A stretch of 62,408 bases of DNA, counting the filler, from Globobulimina sp. (Eukaryota), in assembly GCA_003354225.1 (NCBI GenBank). It is 30 parts of 30 records of this genome, joined end to end, with 100 filler letters (N's around TTAATTAATTAA, not from the genome) between each part and the next. Parts side by side here need not be neighbours in the genome. Positions count along the whole stretch, not along the records: positions 45,850 to 47,832 come from PIVH01010012.1; positions 47,933 to 49,915 come from PIVH01010013.1; positions 50,016 to 51,998 come from PIVH01010014.1; positions 52,099 to 54,080 come from PIVH01010015.1; positions 54,181 to 56,162 come from PIVH01010016.1; positions 56,263 to 58,244 come from PIVH01010017.1; 24 more parts are not named here. One strand, 5' to 3'. Of this stretch, positions 45,850-56,465 are shown in pieces (the stretch's first letter is position 1; each line of letters starts with the position of its first letter). The translations under genes were made by a program, and so were the position numbers. The notes beneath the pieces are model-generated. The model was not told the DNA's origin. It did not search any database and saw only the letters and a list, made by a program, of their open reading frames with translations.

Positions 45850-46363
45850 CAAGCACAGAAATTAAAACTAACAAAACAAACGGCCCGCAATAATAAGGAA
45901 TATCTAAACCAAATAGAGCCATCTTTCCATTGTTCAACATACATTCAAATGACATAAATCCAAATAAAATGGCAGAATAACCGATGGCGTACATATTATC
46001 CACATATTCTTTTTTATTCAAATACTTAGATAAAATAAAATAGCATACAATCATCGACAAATTACTCATCATAAATAATAGCAATGTGATTTGAAAATAA
46101 GTTGGCGATCCAAATTCTGTTTCGATGTATTTGGTGTTCCATAAACTAATCAGATTGAATGCTAAATGCATTATTTCAATATGTGATAAAGCCGATGATA
46201 GCATTCGCCACCATTCTTGTTTGCAAATGATTTGTTTGTAATTAAATGCAAATTTCTTATAATCCACGTTATAATTCCAAATGTATAACCATATGAAACC
46301 GCAAATTATTTCAATACCAACAACAACTGGCACGTTAGGGACTAAATCCTTCATTGAATCCAT
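45850..46363 (-). CDS. Rhomboid intramembrane serine protease (RHBDD1-like), 3' partial
   Basis: EWWR, HIEIMHLAFN, AIGYSAILFG (catalytic Ser). Confidence 0.9.
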
Positions 46364-46643
46364 GCTATAAAAAAGTGATTATGTTATAAAATTGAATTAT
46401 GATATCCGCTTGAGATTGCAGCTGCTATTCTTAAGAATGGAATAGTTTTTTTTACAGAAGTTTTTAACTATTCATTATTCACATCTCAACCCCAACAAAA
46501 CACCCACCACAACACAGCCATCATATAACACCACACAATACAGCACAATAACAAGTTAACATTTATTGACTTTTATTCACGGAAAGCAGTGGGAACTGGG
46601 AACCAAAGAAAATCATTTTTGTACTTCTAAGAAATTTCTAACA

Positions 46644-47832
46644 ATGTCGTTGCGACGTTCGGTTTTGGTTTCTTTACATTTTACCAGATTCCAAAAAAAA
46701 CAAAGAACTACACAAACAGGTTCCAAATACGAATTAATTGTGGAGTGTAAGCCAGAATGGTCCACCTCCTACATTTTCATCAACAAAAAGTACCAATTCA
46801 ATGTGTATCTATGCGACAAACAAAAGAAAACAAAACGAATTAAAAAACCCAGAACAAATTGTGCTGAAAATAGCAACTCAAACTCGCTCGACTCCAAGAC
46901 ATACACCATCCGCATATCCTGCATCGACAACGAATCCAAGACCTTACACTCCAACGAACATTCAATACTGCCCTCGGCGCAAATCACCAACTTATCCCTC
47001 CGCACATACCACAGCTTCACCGTAACCATCAACAAACTGTCCATGAACCACGGCAACAGTCAGTTTCGTCTACGCTTCGATTGCGAGGACCCAGCACTGG
47101 ACTCTTCCATCGCAAATAGCAAATTCATCTCCGTTCGTGTCATCAATTACAAATTCAAAATCCTGTCCACGCCCTCCCAGCTCACCAACGACGACTACAA
47201 ATTCTACAAAGACGTCAAACCAAAAACTAACTTCTTGCGTTACGACATTGCTTTGTTCAACGCCCACAATAAACGGTGCAAACCGCCTCGCAAAGTGGCG
47301 ATAAAATGTACCATTTATTTCCAAAATGGAGCAGAATCACCAAACCAAAAAGCGTTGAATTTGAAGGGAATCAATACCATTTATAACGAACCGTACACGT
47401 TGAATAAGTCCGGAATGGTCACAGTGCCGCTACGCATCGAAGAGACCTCCACAAAATACGAGAATCGCAAGTTTCTGATTAAGTTCATTGCCGATTACGA
47501 GAAAATCACGTCCAATTTGGATATCGCGCCGGTGTTCTCGCGAGCTTTCTTAGTCAGAACTAAAATCAATAAATATCGAATAAAAAATAAGGAACTCAAG
47601 AAAAAGCCGGGAAGGAAAAAAATAAAAAGACAAACACCGCCATCATCTTCCTATTCAGACTCAGATTCTTCGCATTCTTCACATTCAATCGACATCGCAA
47701 CGGCGCCCAAAAAAGAACGCAAAGCCAATGTCCCACCGATACCGTCCACGCACATAATGCCGCCGTTGAAGTTGCCGCCATATATAATGCCATTGCCGCC
47801 ATTATTTGCCACTGCGCCCGGTATCGATGGTG
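46644..47832 (+). CDS. Putative transcription factor with two tandem CudA-like beta-sandwich domains, 3' partial
   Basis: Repeated pattern INKLSMNHGNSQFRLRF...SKFISVR and LRIEETSTKYENRKFLIKF...PVFSRAFLVRTK; basic NLS-like KKKPGRKKIKR; Pro-rich tail. Probable in-frame 63-nt intron 46657-46719. Confidence 0.6.
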
Positions 47833-48065
47833 NNNNNNNNNNNNNNNNNNNNNNNNNNNNNNNNNNNNNNNNNNNNTTAATTAATTAANNNNNNNNNNNN
47901 NNNNNNNNNNNNNNNNNNNNNNNNNNNNNNNNTTGTCATATAAGTGATATAACCCACATTTCTGTACAATTGATACGGGCTAGAAACACCGCATAAATCA
48001 TGACAAAAATGGACCGATTTTGTGTTTTGTTACTGCAGAGTTCACAATCCTTATCTTTTGAGAAC

Positions 48066-49454
48066 ATGGGTTGTTGTGCTAGCAAAAGAAAAAATATATA
48101 TTATCAATCCCACGAACCTTTCGTGTTAGAGAATGTTTCCCAAAATGTAACACGTAAACTGCCTCAATGGAAATATACTAAACCAAAAATAATACGCCCA
48201 GTATACGTACATTATAATGAAGACAAACAAAATGAAAACGAGACATTTATGATATTTATTAAAGGTCAATTTGGCCGAACAATTGAAGTTCATGGCTTAA
48301 CAGAAGATACAACAATATATGACTTAAAATGGAATATTGAACAAAATTATGGCTTTCCACCAACTAAAATTATGGTGACAGGATTTTATGGAACTGGACC
48401 GAGACCGATAACAATCGAAGAACAGATTGGTTTAAAAAATGGCACTTTTTATTTTCCAAATGATTGTACATTGAAACAATTAAATGTCAAACCAAATGAT
48501 ATTATTTATTGGGCATCGTTCCATGACGAATATATGAAGACATTTGCTGAGAAACCCAGTGATAACTCCGATGCAATGCAAGTTAAAAATAGTTGCAATT
48601 ATAATGGAGATTATTCATATGACACAGTGATAAAATTAAATGATTTGTTGGAGAATAAAAATGCTGAAACTCTGCGACAATTAGGCTCTTGTTTGGAAAA
48701 CAGAGGTTTTTGCTTTGTTGAATATGGGAAAGATCAAAAAACGTTATTTGATTCTGGTTGTAGTAAAATACTGCATGCGATGGAAAGCTTTGATGTTGAA
48801 AATGGTGGTTGGGATCACATACATTCTGTATTTGGTTATCATTTTTATGCAAATTATAAAGAAGCATTAAGGATTTTAACTGGTAAGTTTTTGCAAAAAT
48901 ATAGAGATAAATTTCCAGCAGAAATTATCAATGAAATTGAAAAGATATCGAGTTGTTTGGATGAGTTATGTTCGGATGTTATAAATGTTGGGTTTGAATC
49001 AGACTTTTTATGGAAAGATTTGGATTCGAAACGGGATGTTTTATACAAAGAAATTGCGTTAAATAATGAGAATATAAAATGTGGAATGATTGATTTTGTA
49101 AAGTATTTGAATAAAAATGTGAATGATAAACAACAACAATATGGAATGATAAAAAAAGAGAAGATGAATGTGTCAATGCATACAGATCCGGGATTGTTCA
49201 GTTTATCATTTAATTCAAGTGCAGAAGGTTTGGAAGTATTGGATTTAATCAGTAAAAAATGGATAAAAGTACCATTAAAATATGGGGTATTGTTTGGTGG
49301 AGAAACATTACCATATATCACCAATGGAAGATTGAAATCATGCATACACAGAGTCAGTCATAATGCAGTCAATGTTTCTAGATTTACTGGATGGTATGAA
49401 GTGTGTGCAAAACATCAAATTAATTACGCAGTTTTGCAAGAGTTTAAAGTGTAA
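48066..49454 (+). CDS. Acylated ubiquitin-like plus IPNS-type 2OG-Fe(II) oxygenase fusion, 462 aa
   Basis: MGCCAS start; MIFIKGQFGRTIEV...TTIYDLKWNIEQNYGFPP...TLKQLNV UBL; RGFCFV, HTDPGLFSL, GLEV, WIKVP, HRV, SRFT. Confidence 0.85.
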   Translation: MGCCASKRKNIYYQSHEPFVLENVSQNVTRKLPQWKYTKPKIIRPVYVHYNEDKQNENETFMIFIKGQFGRTIEVHGLTEDTTIYDLKWNIEQNYGFPPTKIMVTGFYGTGPRPITIEEQIGLKNGTFYFPNDCTLKQLNVKPNDIIYWASFHDEYMKTFAEKPSDNSDAMQVKNSCNYNGDYSYDTVIKLNDLLENKNAETLRQLGSCLENRGFCFVEYGKDQKTLFDSGCSKILHAMESFDVENGGWDHIHSVFGYHFYANYKEALRILTGKFLQKYRDKFPAEIINEIEKISSCLDELCSDVINVGFESDFLWKDLDSKRDVLYKEIALNNENIKCGMIDFVKYLNKNVNDKQQQYGMIKKEKMNVSMHTDPGLFSLSFNSSAEGLEVLDLISKKWIKVPLKYGVLFGGETLPYITNGRLKSCIHRVSHNAVNVSRFTGWYEVCAKHQINYAVLQEFKV

Positions 49455-49694
49455 ATATTGTGCATGCATTGTTTCTATTTCTTTTATAATACGTATACCA
49501 TCGCAACAAAGACACCAATTTGATCACTTTATTTGGTGACAGCAAAGATTTATAAACAACACACATCGCATTATCAAATATTTATGCATTTTATTTGTTG
49601 TATTATTGACCAATGACTTTTTTGAGATGTGTTAAATTTCGATGCGATATAATATCTCAATTTAATTAGTTTATAAAAATCTCTTTAAACAGTT

Positions 49695-49784
49695 AAACAT
49701 AAACAATATACAATAAACATAAACAATAAACACTGTTTAATTACATTGTTTATTGTTTATGTTTATTGTATATTGTTTATGTTT
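49695..49784. repeat. Perfect 38-bp inverted repeat built from TAAACA-type units
   Basis: Arms 49695-49732 and 49747-49784 are exact reverse complements with a 14-nt spacer. Confidence 0.92.
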
Positions 49785-50134
49785 TATTGTTTATGTTTAA
49801 TTTATTACTTAACTGCGACTAAACTGCGACTGTGCATTATTTTGAATATAAAAACTGTTGATTAATAAATAACTGTCCATATTCATTCATAATTGCCATA
49901 ATTGCTATAAATACANNNNNNNNNNNNNNNNNNNNNNNNNNNNNNNNNNNNNNNNNNNNTTAATTAATTAANNNNNNNNNNNNNNNNNNNNNNNNNNNNN
50001 NNNNNNNNNNNNNNNACCTGGACAAATGAATCAAACTCATTTTGTAATAATGAATCCGCGAGCAACCGAAACCGAATTAACTGTTCCATGGTTAAAGGCA
50101 GTAATGTTTTTACCACTTTTTTAATTCACAAAGC

Positions 50135-51298
50135 ATGACAGAGGAAGCTCAAATATTAAAGGAATTGATGCAAAAAAAATTATTAAATAAATTCAAAAAA
50201 ACATATAGAAAGTATAGTAAAAAGAAGAAAAACGATGTATTTGGCAGATATGTTTATTTTTCAGATGATGATAAAGATTATGAAGCCATAAAACTTTTAT
50301 TAAAATTAGGAGCTAAACCTGTTAGTTATTATTGTAAAGCATATCTACAATTTGCAGCAAAGAGATACAAGATATTATTATTATTAATGAAGAATGGCTT
50401 GGAATTTCATAAAGGATACCCTTTGGAGCAAGCATGTAAACATAATATGCCATATAAATATATGCATCAATTGGTTGAAGCCGGAGCATCATTTGATTCT
50501 CAATATGGGTCACCTTTATATTTTGCAGCTGCACAGCAACATATCACTTTACTTAAATGGCTATTGGAAGTTGAAAAAGTTGATATACATTCAACACCAT
50601 CCGGTTACTCCCAACGTGGGAATAATAACAATGGATATCCAGCGATCGCAGCCTGTATTGAAATGTTGAAGGAGCGTTATAGAGATTGGTATGTTGATAG
50701 GAATCCAATTGATACCACACCGAGAAGAATAAGGAGAAGAAAGGGGCGACGGAACAATGAGAAAAAAAAGGATTTATTGCAAGCAAAATATTGGGATTTG
50801 CAAGCAGATGAAATATGGATTAAATTATGCGACTTATTAAAATTGTTGGTGTCATTTGGAGCAAATCCATTCAATAATTATTGTATACGAAGGCAATTTG
50901 GACAGCAGTCACATTCTCCAACACATTCATTGACATGGAATGTATCATTATTTCATAAGAGATGCAAATTAAAAGCAATTGAAAAATCATTGGTTGATGG
51001 TGTTGCTGAAAGGATAAAGAAAAAAGCAAAAGTTATTGAAAGCTATATATCCATAGCTGTTGATATAAATATATGTCAAATAATTGCATTATATTTGATT
51101 GGTGCGTATTATGATCAAATGGAGTTGCAAAATAACAACAGATATGATCAAATGGAGGTGCGTATTATGATCAAAACAACAGATATGCTGAAAGATAACG
51201 ACTATCCAATACAAACATACCGTTATAACAAAGCAGGCGATACATTCCCGTGTCGAACAAGCGGATATAAAGTAAAAAACTGTTCATTCAATGATTAA
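50135..51298 (+). CDS. Ankyrin-repeat protein
   Basis: IKLLLKLGA, YPLEQAC, LVEAGA, GSPLYFAA...LLKWLLE, LKLLVSFGANP. Confidence 0.85.
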   Translation: MTEEAQILKELMQKKLLNKFKKTYRKYSKKKKNDVFGRYVYFSDDDKDYEAIKLLLKLGAKPVSYYCKAYLQFAAKRYKILLLLMKNGLEFHKGYPLEQACKHNMPYKYMHQLVEAGASFDSQYGSPLYFAAAQQHITLLKWLLEVEKVDIHSTPSGYSQRGNNNNGYPAIAACIEMLKERYRDWYVDRNPIDTTPRRIRRRKGRRNNEKKKDLLQAKYWDLQADEIWIKLCDLLKLLVSFGANPFNNYCIRRQFGQQSHSPTHSLTWNVSLFHKRCKLKAIEKSLVDGVAERIKKKAKVIESYISIAVDINICQIIALYLIGAYYDQMELQNNNRYDQMEVRIMIKTTDMLKDNDYPIQTYRYNKAGDTFPCRTSGYKVKNCSFND

Positions 51299-51367
51299 AA
51301 AATTAATGTATACGTACGTCATATTACAAAACAATCAAACATTAAAAATCATTTATATCAATCAAAG

Positions 51368-51998
51368 TTATTGCTGTGCTTTTTTCTCATCCATTTCCAT
51401 TTTCAATTGCTCAAAATCTCTACATGGCGGCGGCGGAGGTACCCCTCCCTTCAAACTAGTCCTTCCTTGAATTCCTTCCGCTTGATTCCTGCCAGTCTGT
51501 GGTCCAATTTTCGCACATCCATTCTCCAAATCTTTCAACAATTCAACAGTATTATCATAATCCAAATCTTCCTACACAATACACACAATATTCATTCTGC
51601 GAATTTGCGATCATAAAAATAGGCAAACACTTAACATATACTTCCGCATTGTTCACCTGCATCATTGGCGCATTCGCACAGCACGCGAGACACTCCACTT
51701 CGTCGCATGTAAACATTTTATTTTTAGACGTCTGTCCTTGCACAATGCCAAGATGGTCCTTTATAGCTCGGAATACATTGTCAGAGCCCCGGACCATGCA
51801 AGGAGTGGTACCGCAGACTTGTAAGTGATATTTGCCTACTTTTTGCCGATTGAATATGGTGTAAAAAGTGGCCACTTCATACACGCGCATGGGATGTATT
51901 TCTAATATCTCTGCGATTTTGTTCATGGCGGATAAGGGCACCCAATTATCACAATGAGACTGTGCTAACCATAATAATGGAATGGTTGCAGATTGCTT
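51368..51998 (-). CDS. NDUFV2: Complex I 24-kDa subunit (NuoE homolog), 5' partial; intron 51572-51635
   Basis: IPLLWLAQ, RVYEVATFY, QVCGTTPC, EVECLACCANAPMMQVN. Splicing restores EVYEDL...GPQTGR. Confidence 0.95.
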
Positions 51999-52323
51999 NN
52001 NNNNNNNNNNNNNNNNNNNNNNNNNNNNNNNNNNNNNNNNNNTTAATTAATTAANNNNNNNNNNNNNNNNNNNNNNNNNNNNNNNNNNNNNNNNNNNNCG
52101 CCAGATTTTATTCTTAATATTGTTGTCACATTCAATCAAGTACTGTATTGGTTGTTTTCACTGCTTCAATATAACCATAAATCAATGGCAACACGTTTGG
52201 AATAGCATATAGTTGACAACAAACAAGCATCATTCCGGTTGACATTCTATTTCTGATTTCTTACACTGACTTACAGTTTTTGACCAGCAAAAAAGTTTTC
52301 AGTTAAAACACGAAAGCATAATA

Positions 52324-54072
52324 ATGGAACTTAGTGATAAACATTTAATTGCTGGTATTGTTGGTTCATTTTTTGCATTTATTATAGTATTAATCGCAAT
52401 TGTATATGTTGTATATTGTATTATTAAAAAGAATGCTAACAGAGATACTGATTTATCACAAGCATCGTCAATGAATCCAACTATTTCAGGCAATAAATTA
52501 TTATTATTCATAATCATCGCATTTATATTGTTTTTATTACCGCCAATCTCGTTTATATTTATAAAAAGTAATGTTGTTTTGGGTGACAATTATAATCCAA
52601 CAGATTCATGCAAAATTGGATGGTTTTTAGAATATGTTTGTTATGAAACGGGTAAATTAATGATTGCAATGTTTTTAATATATAGAATATACACACAATT
52701 TAATAATTCGATGTATCATATCCCTAAACATCATATTATGCATATTTTTTTTAAATTTGTTCCTTTCTTATTTGTAATGTATTTAATATTAATTTTATTA
52801 GCTTTTTTATTGGATGGCCAATTTGGAATATTACTGAGTGTGAATGCGTTTTTATATTGCGGCTATAATAATGTTTCCGGAGTATTTGTATTTGGTCATA
52901 TTATATCATTTATTCGTGAACTTGGATTTGATGCAATTATTTTGTATTGGTTTATTTCCCGATTATATGATATGAATAAAAATGCAAAAATTATAAAATA
53001 TGAAGGACATTATACAGCAAAAAAAATTAAAAAAATGGAGAAACAGAAAGAAAACAATGAGTACATAGATGTACGTACAAACGGTAAAGAAGATAAGCAA
53101 GAAAGTAATGAAAACACGCAAACTGATATCGATGTAATAAAACAGGAACAAAAAGTAAAATGCACCACTGTTAATGTTGAAAATTTAAGGTACTACGTAC
53201 AAGAATTAAATCATGCGATATATATTAATTATAAATGAAAGGTATGATTGTCCAGTTTTGTTTGTGTTACGTATATAATAAGAAATAACGACAAATAACT
53301 TTCCAATCGATCGCATGGATATAAGTAAGTAAGTAAGTGTTCTTTGGAAACATTTAAAATGGTGCGATAAGGTGTTGTTTCCAGATATTTTGTAGAACAG
53401 AAACACGAAATATACGAAGCACAAACTACTGACAAAGTTAGTATTGATGCATTATTTAATTCTTGTACTTTAAGTAAGAAAGACATGATTTGGAATGGAT
53501 TTATTATTGAATTTGGACAAGAACCACAAAGTACCCCTCAGTTGCAACAATGGGCAAAATCCAAGAAAATGGGTGAGAATTATCAGAATTTTACCTTTAA
53601 AGAAGCAAAGGATATGTTTAGCAAATATAGAGGCAAAGGAATGATCGGAGAACAAGAAAACGAAGAAAATGATCAAGAAACAGAAGAAAATGAGCAAGAA
53701 GCAGATGAAAGTGAAGAAAACGTTAACGAAGAAATTGTTGATATTGGTAACGATGAAGAGGAAGAGATGAAAATGAAGAAAAAGAAAATGTACAAAGATT
53801 CGACATTTAATATGCAAAATAGACGTGGCGTGATAATAAAATATGTAATATTGATAATTATTATGTTTTTATCATCATTTACATGTCAAATTTTATTATG
53901 TGTTAGGAAGTATCCCTCATTTTATATATCATGGGACATTATTATACAATGTTTATGCTGTTTGTTACTGTTATGGTTTAATAAACATATTTGGGCAAAA
54001 ATTATACAAATATTTCATAAAATATGTTTATGTAATTTGTGTTGTCCTGTTCTGATAAAACAAACGGTATAA
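52324..54072 (+). CDS. GPCR-like seven-transmembrane protein, 2 exons (52324-53189, 53385-54072), ~517 aa
   Basis: Five TMs, a long charged loop, then two TMs. Cys at the top of TM3 and in loop 2, YR at the end of TM3, Cys-rich tail. A phase-2 intron 53190-53384 restores frame. Confidence 0.75.
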
Positions 54073-54180
54073 AAACAATTNNNNNNNNNNNNNNNNNNNN
54101 NNNNNNNNNNNNNNNNNNNNNNNNTTAATTAATTAANNNNNNNNNNNNNNNNNNNNNNNNNNNNNNNNNNNNNNNNNNNN

Positions 54181-54478
54181 TAGGAAAAGAATGGTTTTGT
54201 AAAAGAAAATGTGTAGATTTGCATGCGTTTTTGCGCGGATATTTGGGGTTTGCCACTTTTAGCATACCTCGTTGTGGATAGCGTGGGGGGCCACCATATT
54301 GCGGCGGGTTTTGCGGCATGAAACCGGCAGACGGCGGCGGCATGAAGTCATCCGGCGGCCCGTTGGTATAAAATTGTTGCGGCGGAGGGCCGCCACGTTT
54401 GTTCATTGGAACAAAGTCATCAGAACGATCTGAAAAATCATCATTCGCTTGGTAATATTCTTGATGTCCTAGAGACAT
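54181..54478 (-). CDS. Pro/Gly-rich protein, first exon fragment
   Basis: MSLGHQEYY...GGPPRYPQR followed by a probable GTATGC donor; rest off contig. Confidence 0.55.
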
Positions 54479-54753
54479 TTTGATCTTATTCGAAAATCTA
54501 AAATAATGTGTTTATGGTTGTATTGTGTGTTTTGAGTGGATATAATTTCATTAATTTGCAAAACAAAACTAACCTTTTGAGCTAAATTGAAATTTAATCA
54601 ATTGTACCAGAAAACAGCAAAAGAAATTGGTATTTGTTGTTGTGTCCACTGAGTGCGGAATGGTAGTATTGGATTGGAGCTATCTAAGGCTAAGTGAGTA
54701 TAAAAAATCTTATCACTAAAAACTTATTTTTTTCATTACTTTTTTCATATGCA

Positions 54754-56051
54754 ATGGCATACAATAATGCTCCAATTAAAATTAATACCTCAATGACAGC
54801 CATGGCAATCACCCCAGACTATGATATTAACCCCGTCGCAGCAACAACATTAGCACACAAATTAGCGGATACTCCACGTTTTCCAAACTCTCCCGTATCC
54901 CCATGTTCTTCTCCAGTGGCTTCACCAGACACTAAAATACAAAATGAGATGAAAAGCAGAGGCTATATTCCCTATAAATCCATTACATCCACGTTGCAGG
55001 GCTCAATATGGAAAGTAAAAAAAAAATCACAGTCCGAGAAAAAATTAAAATCCGAAAAGTTTGTAGTAAAAGTCACGAAAAAAGCATTACATGAGAAAAA
55101 TATTACAATTATCGATGGCGCACAGATTCCCATTCAAGAAGATATAATCAAAGAAACTGCGATTTTACGGTATTTATCCAGTAACAATCCACCTCAATCT
55201 TTAGTAAAATTCGAATCGTTTTTCAGTGATGACAACAATTTTTTTCTTGTGATGGAAGATGGTGGCACTGGTTTGTCAAATATATATTGATCAAAAATAA
55301 TATTTTTCTGAATAATCTATTTTCAAAAAGGTTTGTTTGAATTTGTCGCAAAATGCCATAAATTTATCAATTGTGGCAGTTTGAGTGTTTTTGAGTGGCA
55401 GAGATTTTGCCAAATGGCGTTTAAAAAAATGGTAGCTTTATTAGATTGGTTGCATAATAAAATGAGTTGCTGCCATCTTGATATCAGCCTTGAAAACTTT
55501 GTGATTAGCAATGTGAAAGTTATTGTGCAGCAAAAAGAAAAACAGATTATATTTTCGGACAAATTTGTAATCAAAATTATTGATTTCGGATTGAGCGAAG
55601 TGTTCACTGTGAAAAATAAAACTGGATGCTTTCGCTGTGTCAAATATGTTGGCAAAACTGCCTATAAATCGCCACGGGTTTATAAACGAAGAAAAGTATT
55701 TGATGCAAGAGCTGCTGATGTGTGGTCGTTGGGTGTTGCGTTGTTTATGATGGTATTGTATATTTATTTGTTTCTATCACTCTGTTTTTGTTTTTTTTGT
55801 TTCCATAGCAAACTAAAAAATATTGTACTTACTATAAACAGATTGTAGGTGGATCACCGTATGAACGACCATGTAAAAGTGATACTTCTTTTGGGTATAT
55901 TATGAATGGTGGAATTATGGAGTTATTATCACAATGGAATCGAAGTGAATTTGTCACTCCGTGCATTGTGAATTTATTGCATGGTATTTTCCAGAAAGAA
56001 AAATATCGATTAACTATTGAGGAAATAAAATTGCATCCATGGTTAGTATAA
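54754..56051 (+). CDS. CAMK-like Ser/Thr kinase, 3 exons (54754-55270, 55331-55752, 55842-56051), ~382 aa
   Basis: TLQGSIW, FVVK, HLDISLEN, DFG, GKTAYKSPR, DVWSLG, HPW. Introns of 60 and 89 nt restore frame. Confidence 0.92.
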
Positions 56052-56465
56052 AGTAGATTTTACTGTTTTAATATAGCGTATTAAAACTTAGCTCGATCTG
56101 ATTTGACGTGCTTTGTGTTGCTTTTGTGTGTGTGTGTCTTTTTTTTTTATCTTTCCATATATNNNNNNNNNNNNNNNNNNNNNNNNNNNNNNNNNNNNNN
56201 NNNNNNTTAATTAATTAANNNNNNNNNNNNNNNNNNNNNNNNNNNNNNNNNNNNNNNNNNNNTATAAAAATAAACGTATAAAAATGTATAGATGCAATAA
56301 ATCGACACAAAAAATGATTCACTTTCTATTTGGTATTCTCTTATGATTTGATATATAAATTTTGGTACCGGTAACGACATCAAATATACTTTTTTCATCC
56401 TTAAATAATCAGAAAAGTCACAACACAACACACGAAATCACACGAACATGCCTAACAAAAAAGGT

